The notes below the pieces were generated by a model. The model made no database searches, was not told the DNA's origin, and was given only the letters and a program-made list of their open reading frames with translations. A stretch of DNA of 60,012 bases, counting the filler, from Dugesia japonica (lineage: Eukaryota), in assembly GCA_001938525.1 (NCBI GenBank). It is 5 parts of 5 records of this genome, joined end to end, with 100 filler letters (N's around TTAATTAATTAA, not from the genome) between each part and the next. Parts side by side here need not be neighbours in the genome. Positions count along the whole stretch, not along the records: positions 1 to 10,493 come from MQRL01613364.1; 4 more parts are not named here. The stretch is one strand, 5' to 3'. The stretch's first letter is position 1, and every line of letters begins with the position of its first letter. The position numbers were made by a program, and so were the translations under genes. This document shows, piece by piece, positions 1-10,593 of this stretch.

Positions 1-1055
1 ACCAAAATTATGAATCGCTATAGGCAAAATAATAATAGAAGCTGTTAATATCACTACTTTTATTTTTTTTGTATTATAAATAAAGAAAGCAGGAACTACA
101 ACAATTTATTTAAATAAAAAGATTACCTCAGTAGTGTTAACTGCATATAAATCCACAAATGATAATCATCCAATTTTGATAACTAGTACACCCTCTACTC
201 AATGAAATTCTGCTGATTTTAGAAATTTTTCATCGGTATGCCCACACAAAATGTAGATAATCAATTGAATTTTCCAACTCTACCACAGAAACCGATAGGA
301 CTTGCAAATAGCAGTGGGAATGGCATGGTAGTAAAATCTCAAATTATATTACTCCATTATTTTTGTAAGCACGGATAAATAAACCCAAATAGTGTGTCCA
401 CTCAATTTGGATTTTCTTTACATGACGTCATGCACACTAACATGATCGACATTGGCACACCGGCTGTCAAGGGTGCAGTACCAGGCAACGTCAACGCGAA
501 AAATTTTTAAAATAATTAAGTATAAGAAATTGTTTGTATTTTTGATTGAATTTGGTATTAATGATAATGATATCTTTATGAATTTCCAGTCTTACTGTTG
601 CTATTAAAATTATCGTTAATATTATAGTGATGATGACACCCGCATGGAGGTGATTTTCTTGTTTCATCATTTAACCACTCGACTAATCCATATTGCCATT
701 CGGATTTTATGGAATTTAGCATTCTGTATTATAAAGTAATAATTGAAAGTGGAGACAGGGTTTTCCATCGTCAAGGTGAATACCAGTTTGACACCGAGTT
801 ATAAAAAGTAGTTATTGATAAGTTTGTTTCATTACCTATTACTATGACAATATTTGTTGATAATACTATTGACTGCCATAGAAAACTCAATAATTCCCTG
901 ACACTGGTTCACGGCCTCAGTTGTAACGCCCATGTGTATTACTTCCCGTCGGGATATGATTCTCATATTGCCACGGAAGGACGGAGAAATTATCTACGTT
1001 AGGGGGGTTAAATATTGACATTATCATGGNNNNNNNNNNCTCCACTTTTTAGCTA

Positions 1056-1238
1056 ATGACAGCCGAATTATATCAAATCTTGCGTTGGATAAAGAAGCAA
1101 CGACAAACTAGCCGGTCCCGACAATTGCTGGCCCATCTACTGACGAAAGGAAATATTGAGCATCCAGACGAAACAGATCTGAGTTGCTTTGTAGAAATGT
1201 TTCCCTTGACAACGAACACCGATTTAGACGCAGAATGA
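1056..1238 (+). CDS. Element A ORF1, 60 aa orphan (EHPDETDLxCFxEMFPLT)
   Basis: Homologue at 7144-7338(-) with synonymous changes. Acceptor TTTTAG ends at 1052, ATG 3 nt later, AATAAA at 1265. Confidence 0.7.
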   Translation: MTAELYQILRWIKKQRQTSRSRQLLAHLLTKGNIEHPDETDLSCFVEMFPLTTNTDLDAE

Positions 1239-1355
1239 TCCCTGTTGTTGTAGTATTATCATGAAATAAATTACATGCGCAGTCTCGTTGATATTTTTAC
1301 GATTGCTTATGAAAATTTTGTGATACTCTAATAATTCTCATACTTTAATTAGGAA

Positions 1356-1712
1356 ATGGAATCTATTTGGGAACGCACAGTGGATCGTCGTACTCGTAGG
1401 ATAATCTTCAGGCGGCACCATAATTCCCACAACCGGGATGCCGGCGTCTTGGTCGACCGATCAAACCTACCCCCAGTAGACTCAATCGTGGCTAGCATCC
1501 AGGATTTTAGCGAGCGTCATCAATGCCGAACTTGGACCGGCCCTGTACATTCTTTGGTCACCTCTTTCCAGTACCGGCCTGTGATGCCACCCTCAGCTCC
1601 CGCCGTGCAGGCTTTTATTTCTAACCTGCTCTGGGGGATAAGGGAGCCTTCGGGTAGTGAAAACTCCGAGAATACTGCACCTGTGTTGAATCCATCTACT
1701 ACGTCTCAGTGA
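1356..1712 (+). CDS. Element A ORF2, 118 aa orphan (MESIWERTVDRRTRRII...)
   Basis: Homologue at ~6678-7012(-). Acceptor ends at 1352. AATAAA at 1757 is followed by a GT-rich tract. Confidence 0.7.
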   Translation: MESIWERTVDRRTRRIIFRRHHNSHNRDAGVLVDRSNLPPVDSIVASIQDFSERHQCRTWTGPVHSLVTSFQYRPVMPPSAPAVQAFISNLLWGIREPSGSENSENTAPVLNPSTTSQ

Positions 1713-1935
1713 GGAGGGGGTGCAATCGGGGGAACTTATCTTGATAACCTGTTTAAAATAAATGTTTTGTGTAATTTCTTAAAGGATTTGTTCTTGTGTT
1801 TGTTTGTTGTTTTTATGAGTTGGTAAGACAACTCAGGTAGTCTAGTACTTAAATAACTACACCGGTAATTATTGTTTTTTGTTGGAATTTAAAATCATAA
1901 AGACTAGGGCTGAGTTACACATAATTTTCTTTTAG

Positions 1936-2303
1936 TGCATTCCTCCTTAAACCGTCAACTGGCCCTTAATAAGCGGATGAGAGAATCCAGCGAGGACATC
2001 GAAATGTCATGGGACTTATATCAGCTGGCGAAACGACGATTCGAGGCCGAAATAGCCATTGCCAATGCGAAAGTAAAACGCTACAAGAAAAAGGGCATTA
2101 ATGTACGCCAAGAGATGGAAGCTGCGCACAACCAAGAGAGACTGTGGAAGGCACAGGTCGAGTCATTCGCCGAGATCACCGTGAAAATAAACTGGTTAAG
2201 GATATCTTGTGTCTTAAAGAAAAGTCGTACCTTGAACCCCTCATGGTTGATAAGGATACGCAGACAAATTCCACCCGATGTACCTAGACCTTCTGTCCTA
2301 TAA
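1936..2303 (+). CDS. Element A ORF3, basic coiled-coil-like orphan. Exon begins TG after the acceptor
   Basis: Homologue at ~6100-6476(-) (WDLYxLAKRRxExEIAxAN...QVESFAEI). Acceptor TTTTCTTTTAG, AATAAA at 2303. Confidence 0.7.
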
Positions 2304-2423
2304 ATAAAATTTGAATATGTATTAGTCTTTGTCGTCATACATATTACCTACATTTCAATTAAATAAATCCAAAACTGATAATATTCTTTATCTTTTCTCC
2401 GTTGTTAATATGTAATTATTTAG

Positions 2424-2805
2424 TGCCACGGATCCATCTTCCCAGCAGCATCCGAAGGTGCCATCGTATTATGCGACGACTTCTGATCGAAAGGCACTTA
2501 AACGTAAGACAGACAGGGCCCTTCTCAAACATCTTGCACAGCGGGACAAGCTTATAAAGAAATTGGACTTCATCGTTAAAAAACAAAACGATTTAGCGAT
2601 ACAAACTAATGCGCTAGAGACTGAAAACAAGCAGCCGCTGATGAGGAAGATCGATTTTTTAAAGCAGTATATCGCTGATCTTTCCCGTCAGATTGGCAAT
2701 CCAACTTGGGTCCAATGGGAAGAAAACGACGATATCGCCGTTTTTAACTTTTCCGCGACCGATCCGGTTCAATAGTTAGATCCAGGAGCACTGGATTTAT
2801 TGTAA
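2424..2805 (+). pseudogene. Element A ORF4, basic coiled-coil orphan with a 1-nt frameshift (~2500) and a premature TAG (2773)
   Basis: (A)TG-PRIHLPSSIRRCHRIMRRLLIERHL aligns with the open copy B (MPRITFPNSIRRYHRIMRRLLLE.HL). B reads QWLYLEALDLM where A reads Q*LDPGALDLL. AATAAA at 2825. Confidence 0.7.
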
Positions 2806-3062
2806 ATATTTCTTCGGTTTATGAAATAAAGGTATATAATTAATATGGTGTTTTCTTTCTTCTGCTGATAATAATAGGGAAAAGAACGAATCTGAATACA
2901 AAGGTTTATGGGTGAGTACCTCCCATTAAGCGCGATGTCAACCACCGTAAACTGAATACCTACCCTGAAGACGGTAGGTTAAATTCTTGAACGGTTTCCC
3001 CTGAGGGCTGTCTTTCCCCAGCCGCATTTTTATCACCATCCGACTCAGGTGCAACCCCAACA

Positions 3063-3065
3063 ATA

Positions 3066-3115
<50 letters not shown>

Positions 3116-3165
3116 NNNNNNNNNNNNNNNNNNNNNNNNNNNNNNNNNNNNNNNNNNNNNNNNNN

Positions 3166-3210
<45 letters not shown>
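3063..3210. repeat. (AAT)n microsatellite with internal N gap
   Basis: Direct reading. Confidence 0.95.
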
Positions 3211-3211
<1 letters not shown>

Positions 3212-4099
3212 TGTTATGTGACTTTTGAGTACTCATCGGATTATCAACTTCAAAATTCAACACCATAGTACAATTTATTTCAAATAAAAACTATAAACAT
3301 AAATTTGCTTTTTGGATTTTTTTTAAATATTATTATTATTGTATTATTATATTATTATTATAAAGCTTTTAATTATGCTTTGTTAATTTCATCATTATGT
3401 CTGTTTAGTGAATTTGGAAAACTCATCGAATCATTAAAATCAGAATTCAACTCCATAAATTTATTAAAATAAAAACTATAACAACACTAATTGTATTTTT
3501 AAATAAATTAAATTCCTGTTTTAAATTGGTGATCGTTTCTTAAGATTTTTTAAAAATCTATTTAAAGTTATTTGATTTTTTGAATCAGATTTTAAAATAA
3601 ATTTTCAATTTATTTATTAAAACTTTTTATGAAAACATTGGATTTTTTATTCAGATTTTTATAACAGATTTTCAATTTATTTATTAAAATTTAATGTCAG
3701 AATTTACAACAATTACCAATTCATCATTTAATTTTACATTTCAACTTAAATCTTTATCAAAAAAGATTTCGAGAAAAACGATCACTAACCATACCGAAAT
3801 TTCAACTCGCTTTAAACATACTCACAATGTTGTTGTATTATAAGTTTTAATGTAAGTTTACTTTATTTACGGAACAAATTTTACTACAATCTGATTGGCT
3901 GGTCAATCAAATTTCAGATTATCAAGTAAGATTTCATTATTTTGTCACAGTTTTTACCTGTAGCAGCAGAAAATCAAAGCCCTAAAATTTTACTAAGTAG
4001 TTATGCAGATAACTACAGGTCACTTTGTATATTTTACGTGAAATTAGGAAAGATTTTGATGCACTTGAACAACAAGCAAAAAACACGTTGTCAAATACT

Positions 4100-4710
4100 G
4101 AATATAGAATTTCCAGAAGGATAATAAGAAGTAAAAGATAGGGGAATTACGAAAATCCATCTGAACCTGATGAGTCAGACGAACTCTCTTCAAGAGATAA
4201 ATTTAGGATAAAATCATTTATTTCTATATTAGATGAACTAAAATCAAATTTATTAAAAAGAGCTTCTGTTTATGATTATGTATTGAAAATATTTTTCTTC
4301 CTTTCCGATCTTTCATTATAAAAAGTAAAACTTCAAAAATGTGTTGAGCTGTTAATGCAACAATTTACAGCAGATGTCAACCAAAATCTTATTGAAGAAC
4401 TATTTCATTTCCACAAACGTGAGACAAACGCATACAGACTTGTATCAAATAATATTCATAGAAAATATTCAAGTGGCTTTCTCCAATGTGGAATCAATCT
4501 TACATCTGTTTCTCAGTTTAATAGTCACTAATTGTACTGGAGAAAGGTCATTTTCAAGATTTAATAATATCAGAAACAGAGTGACGACAACGAAGTTGTT
4601 TTCATTGAGTATTTTGTGTATCTAAAATGAGACCTTCAGAGAACTAGATTTTGATGAACTTATAGAATAATTCCGCGTGAAAAAGTTTTGAAAGAAATTG
4701 TTCTAATCTT
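4100..4710 (+). pseudogene. hAT transposase C-terminal (dimerisation domain) remnant
   Basis: FSNVESILHLFLSLIVTNCTGERSFSRF resembles the hATC motif. Contains stops and frameshifts. Confidence 0.75.
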
Positions 4711-5619
4711 TTTCGTTTTAAATGTATACTTGGATTGAATCAGTATCTGGATTTTGTTTGAATAAAGTTCATTTTTGGTTTATGACTTAAAATCTATCAT
4801 AATTTATACTTTAAATGCATAATATTATGAAATAAATTTATCTGAATTGAATTTGGTTTAATCTTCAATGTGATAGATTTGATAGAAAATATGATAATTT
4901 TTATTGCGTATTTTATTTTCGTAGTCAAAGATATTCATTAATTGAATTTTATTTTTTTGTAAATGTTGTGTGTTATGTTTCATTAGTTCTTGTTACAAAT
5001 ACTATTTATATTGCTGAGAATAAATGTTCAAATCAGTGTTCTCGACTTTTTTTTATTAATTATCCGTGAAACATTTTTATAAAGGTTAGTACCAATCATA
5101 ACTTGTTTCATTTAACATATTGATATATATCACAGTAATAATGAATTTTACTATCTCTCATGAAATTTACATTCTTAAAAATGGAAAGTGAAAAAACCTC
5201 ATAAGTGGAATAACCTAGCGCCTCTTCATCTACATGCAGCCCTGCCAGTATTTAATGCTATCTTAAATACATGTTAAAATAACGTATGTCCAGCATGCAA
5301 CACATAAGGCATAGTAACGTACACAGATTTGTCACATGATGCATACATTTAACAGAATTTAAGTAGAGGTGTTGGGGTTCCACCTAGGTTGCACGAAGAA
5401 AAACGTGGCTGGTGGAAAAACAGCCCTAAGGGGACCCTTTCAAGAATTAAATCTAACGTCCCTAGGTTAGGTATTCAGCTTATGGTGGTTGACCTCTTAC
5501 TTAATGGGAGGTGCATGCTCATAGGCCTTTGGATTTGGGTTCGATATTTTCCCTCTTATTCCAAATAAAACACGAGAAAAAAGAAAACTAAACTAGACAC
5601 ATTTTATTTTATATAATAA

Positions 5620-6002
5620 TTACATCAGATCCAATGCCTCCAGATATAACCACTGATCTAGGTCGGTTACCAAGAAATTGAAGGCGGCGACATCATCGTT
5701 GCCGTTCCATTGAACCCAGGTAGGGTTTCCTAATTGTCGTGAGAAATCGGATAAATATTGCTTGAGGAAATCAAATTTCCTTTGCAGCAACAATTTATTT
5801 TCATTCTCTAATGCTTTTGTCTGCGCCGCTAAGTTGTTCTGTTTTTTCACAACCTGATCAAGTTTTTTGATGAGGCGATCTCGTTGGTCTAAATGCTTGA
5901 TAAGAGCTCTATCGGTTTTCCGCTTTAAATGGNGTTCTAATAGGAGGCGGCGCATTATGCGATGGTATCTGCGTATACTATTAGGAAAAGTGATGCGAGG
6001 CA
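5620..6002 (-). CDS. Element B ORF4 (open, ~127 aa, basic coiled-coil)
   Basis: Homologue of 2424-2805. Acceptor CTTTTAG|TG CCT, with AATAAA downstream. Confidence 0.72.
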
Positions 6003-6099
6003 CTAAAAGATATTAAGTTAGTAAATAGGCAGTTTAGCAAAAACTATCAAATAATACACCAATAACTGAATTCACAAGAATGATTAAATGATACATTTA

Positions 6100-6476
6100 T
6101 TTAAGAAAACGAGTGGGGTCATTTCCGAAGGGTTTGAGTACTTTTCTCAATCATCAACGGCTCGAGACGTATCCTCTCCTTGAGAATTAAGACATCCCCA
6201 ACCAATTTATTCTCTCAGTCATGACTGGACCGGAAATTTCTGCAAAGGACTCAACCTGTTTTTTCCACACTCGCTCCTGCATGTGAGAGGCTTTGGCTTC
6301 CTTTTTAAAGGCGATACACTTTTTCTTGTACCGAAGTACCTTACTGTTTGCGGTGGCAATTTCTGTCTCACAGCGTCGCTTTGCAAGACGATAAAGGTCC
6401 CAAGTTATTTCTTGGTCCTTGCTGGTGTTCCTTATCATTTTGGTGGGAGCTGACGGACGGTTTAGAGAGGAATGCA
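6100..6476 (-). pseudogene. Element B ORF3 (stop at 6187 truncates it relative to A)
   Basis: Acceptor TTTTGTAG|TG CAT TCC has the same phase as in A, and the protein is similar. Confidence 0.65.
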
Positions 6477-6677
6477 CTACAAAATAATAAGTATTTTTAT
6501 TCAAAATATCATCATCAGAGTTACCGAAGCACACGTAACCCTTCTTATTACTTTATCACGAACAAAAATTCGTATAATACTGAGCTTAATTTGGAAAGAA
6601 AGGAGGTCGGTTCGATTGAGACAACTACTTAATAATATCAACAAGAACATAAACATTAGACGACAACAATATAAACA

Positions 6678-7012
6678 TTAGTAGTCAGGGGTCGTGTCCG
6701 CTGCAGGAACGGTGTTTTCTGAATGCTCCGCACCGGAGGGTTCTCTAGCGTTCCAGAGCATGTTATTGATGAAGTCTTGCACCACTGGGGAATGCGCCAG
6801 AGGTTGATAATGAAAAGGGGTAGCGTGGTTACGCTCTGGCCCGTTCCACTGTCAAAAATTCAATCGCTCACCGAAGCTTTGGATGCGAGCTACTGCAGCT
6901 TCAATGGGTGGTAAGTTTGACCTATCGGAAAGGATACCCGCGTCACAACTATGCGGATTCTAATGATACGGCGGGTTCGTCTGTCAATGGTTCTTTCCCA
7001 AATAGACTCCAT
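6678..7012 (-). pseudogene. Element B ORF2 (frameshift and internal stop)
   Basis: MESIWERTIDRRTRRII, then in a shifted frame DAGILSDRSNLPPIEAAVARIQSF...VQDFINNMLWNAREPSGAEHSENT, matching ORF2 of A. Confidence 0.7.
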
Positions 7013-7143
7013 CTTACAGGTACTGAATAAAAAAACAGGGTTTAATTATCAAAAGTAAGACAGATAAACAATGTCATCAATCAAAACTACACAACCATCC
7101 AAGCAAATTTTTATTTTACGAAATTAACAACATGAGCGAAGGT

Positions 7144-7338
7144 TTAGCAAGATTCGTTTCCCACATCTAAATTCACCGTATTTGTCAGGGGAAACATTTC
7201 GGCGAAACAGGCTAAATCTGTTTCGTCGGGGTGTTCCACATACTCTCGTGATAGGATATGAGTAAGTAGTTGTCTCAATCGAACCGACCGCCTTTCTTTC
7301 CAAATTAAGCTCAGAGTAAGGGTAAGTTCCTCTGACAT
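7144..7338 (-). CDS. Element B ORF1, 64 aa
   Basis: Homologue of 1056-1238. Acceptor TTCTTTAG|ATA ATG, with AATAAA downstream. Confidence 0.7.
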   Translation of the reverse strand: MSEELTLTLSLIWKERRSVRLRQLLTHILSREYVEHPDETDLACFAEMFPLTNTVNLDVGNESC

Positions 7339-9899
7339 TATCTAAAGAACAAGTCATCAGCATTTTAAAAAAACAAAATGGCACGCAGGTTACTTTATGC
7401 CGGTAATAAATAATATAACTGTCATAATTTCTAGTAATGTATTAATTGAGGTAATAGTATCTAATGATCTCGGAACTCATTTAGTAAAGGGTTAATATCA
7501 TTATAGCGTCAGGATTAGTAAGAATTCTCATAACACGAGCGGGTTGAAAAGCGTTTTCCTGCTACCGGGGAACGTTAGGAGTATTTTTTGGACCCTACTC
7601 AGGTTGATCGCAGTGATGAATTTACTTTCTCCAAGAAGGCTTTCATCCATTTATTTTCATAATTACAGATATTATATTCTCGTCCCCTAATGAGACGAAA
7701 ACCATTGCATCAATAACCAGAAAATTAGATCTTTAACCACGATAGTGAAACTTGGAAATAACCCAAAGGGGAAGCAATCTGTTGACAAATCTATTCGGGA
7801 TGATTTAAATAATGATCATAATACATTATAGCAACAATATCTAAATATTCCTAAAAATAGCTCAATTAATTATATTACCGATATTGATTATCAAAAAAAA
7901 TTTGCTTGACACAAATAAAGGGTATATTAATTATAACAAACAAATGCATACACACTCCTTAACAACAAAAAAATATTCTCACGATCAACTTAGCAGGATA
8001 ATTTCTTACAATAAGAGTGATATTGATGATTGGAAGTTGACGGTGGTGTTTCACCGGGACGTGGTTGACGAAGAAAACCAGGTAAATTCTACTCAAATGT
8101 GACGATGAGAAACGTGTTCCGTACCCGTATGAAATAGCGAAAGTTGACAATCACACCATAATATCCTTTTAGATGAGAATATTGGAAGAAGTTCTCAGTA
8201 ACCTCTAGAATGAATAATCGCACTACTATTTCTGTCAAGGAGATTATCACTATGAATTTCCATTTTCCTAATCGCAGTTACATCGAAATACTTTCCATCG
8301 TAATTGATGGCTTCATTTTTTTGTCTTTTACAGAATTAGTTAATTGTCAAAGTATTTAATAGAGAACTAAAATAATAAATTCCGGTGTGATTAAATGATT
8401 GTGTGGGGATGACTCAGTACATCCACACACCTACTCGTAATCGGTTTTGCCAAAAACACTATCGATTTGTTGATGAAAAGATTGCTAATAAGAGCAATCA
8501 TTATGATATTTTATTAAAGATTGTCCTGAAAATCCGTTGGCACGTTGTATGTATTTATAATGGTGGTATTAACGACTATGGCAAAAGCTATTAATAGTAA
8601 CAAGGGAAAGTCATTATTAGCAAGAAACATGATTCCTCTTCCCCAAAAATTAGTATATTGATTTTGTATTGTTTGGGTCAGTTTGGGGTTCAATATCATT
8701 ATTAATTCGCTAAACATATAAAAAATTTGATTATCAACAAAATGAACTAAAACATGATTAACCATAATATATATTATCGACAATAAATTTCCATTTTGCT
8801 TATAATAATCGATACACAAATAATCATAAAAATTGATACTCACTGATTTAAGTTATGGATAACTGCAACGGTTCGATTCCTGAATTATCGGTTGACAACA
8901 GCGATTTGCTTTACTTTGTTCCTTTTCTACCTTTAGGTTTAAAATTAGTCTTGGATAGAACAACGATAAATCACTTTATTCAACTGATAGGGCAATACAA
9001 GTAAAAGTAATGCGCGATAACTTGTTACAACTTTCTCTGAAATTTATAAGTTTACAAAATTGATAGATTGATTCACGATTTTAACCAATAAAGTGTTGAA
9101 AATTCTGGTGAGTGTTTTTGTTGGTTTTGTTGTTATTTTTGCTGAATTCTGGGGGGTTAAATTGCTGTTCCGATGCAACTTGGCATAGTTGTTATTGGCT
9201 GGTTATTTTTTACTTCCAAATGTCTTGCTTTGATTAGTGATGCTCCTAATTTTTCGATTTTTTTGCAGAGTCTTAGAACTCTCATTGGTGTCTATTTTCA
9301 GAACGCCATGTGATCATTGTGACTTAGTTTTATGTTTATTTTCAGGTTCTTATTGACCCAATTTTCAAACCCTTGTGGTGGTTCTTTTGATGGTTGCGAA
9401 GTTTTCAGGCTATGAAATTTAAATGTCTTTTAACATTTTTTTCTCGAATTTTCATTCCTTGGGTCTCTGTGATTACCCAGAACCAAGTTATTCGTAAAAA
9501 ACTGATTTTTGATTAATTTAACTTTATTTTCATTTTTGAAATTAATTCTGATTTTGGATAATTAAATATTTTTTCAATGATATTTTCCTTGTCTTTTATT
9601 ATTAATTTCACTATTTCTTTTGATTACTATAATTAACATGGGTTAGATTGGTTTACCCGAGAACTGCTTATCAATTACTTGATATTTTAATCTTTTATTT
9701 GATCACTTTTTCCAAATTTAGCCGCACTGGTTACTCGGAACTGATACTTGAGGAGTTGAATTTTTTTTCTCTTTTTGGGTCCTTCGTTTGGTTTTCCTTT
9801 TAAAAGGAGTGTTTCACCCCAATAGAGGGATAGTATGAGTAATAGCAGGCACATATTAGGTGAACCCCTCACCGTGACGTAATGAAATTTAATCCTAAT

Positions 9900-10493
9900 G
9901 CATTTAGTTGGGAAGTTTAAAAATGATATCATATTAAGTAATATGACGAAATGGGATTAAGTGGCTATGGATTTTCTCTGTGTATTTAGTTGGGAAAATT
10001 TTTGCACACAAATTATGCAATAAGATTAATTTCATTGTCGAGATTTTTACATAATGGGATTAAGTGGCTTTACATTTTCCTGTGGTTTTAGTTAGGCAAA
10101 TTTTTCAAAGTTTATTTTGCCGCAAAGTGGCTATATATTTCATTAAAGTTTTAGTTGGGAAAATTCTTTAGGCTTATTAGCAATAATGTGGTATCTAACT
10201 TTTCCTGTATATTTCATTGGGAATTTATTCAGTAAAGTGGAATAAGGTCAATTTTTTATTGGTTCATGGGAATTTAGTCTAAAATTTTCTCGATGAGGTT
10301 GAATAAGATCAATTTTTGGTTGGTTCCGGTGAATTCAGTCAGATATTTACTCGGTAATGGTCAGTTTGGGCAAACTTGGTCAATTTTAAGTAATTTATAG
10401 GCGATTTGGTTGAAAATTTAATCAGTAATGGTCAATTTGAGTAATTTTTGATTGGTTTAGGTAGTTTTTGTCTTACGTTTCATCGGTGAGGTC
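9900..10493. repeat. Degenerate tandem repeats (GTGGCT..ATTTTC..TTTAGTTGGGAAA and GGTCAATTTT..TTGGTT units)
   Basis: Recurring motifs read by eye. Period not computed. Confidence 0.5.
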
Positions 10494-10593
10494 NNNNNNN
10501 NNNNNNNNNNNNNNNNNNNNNNNNNNNNNNNNNNNNNTTAATTAATTAANNNNNNNNNNNNNNNNNNNNNNNNNNNNNNNNNNNNNNNNNNNN
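10494..10593. other. Artificial contig spacer N44-TTAATTAATTAA-N44 (also 21169-21268, 31030-31129, 45772-45871)
   Basis: The identical 100-nt structure occurs four times, and the core has stops in all six frames. Confidence 0.95.

Larger units (their letters stand above)
1..3062 (+). mobile_element. Unknown element, copy A (left end outside window). Ends ...AACCCCAACA and carries four orphan ORFs
   Basis: Collinear with the reverse complement of 5370-~8900 over four ORFs, the ~180-bp terminal non-coding region and weakly over 240-360. Similarity stops exactly at CA 3061-3062. Confidence 0.75.
5370..8900 (-). mobile_element. Unknown element, copy B, inverted relative to A. May extend to the segment end at 10493
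   Basis: Starts TGTTGGGGTT at 5370, the reverse complement of the end of A. Same four ORFs in the same order. Confidence 0.75.

Noticed and set aside
3045-3266. Poly-Y/I/N ORFs (also 17750-18046 and 24070-24506)
   Set aside because: Translations of ATT microsatellites and N gaps.
6348-6914. Plus-strand ORFs 6348-6632, 6472-6681 and 6723-6914 (also 2081-2338 minus)
   Set aside because: Antisense shadows of conserved ORFs, or products of the 52-bp inverted duplication.
1-8900. A and B as the two TIRs of one element enclosing the hAT remnant
   Set aside because: The defined termini face inward and the copies are too diverged. They are better read as two separate insertions.
10494-10593. Recurrent TTAATTAATTAA palindrome between N runs (four places)
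   Set aside because: Artificial six-frame-stop spacer. It also means clustering across segments cannot be treated as biological.
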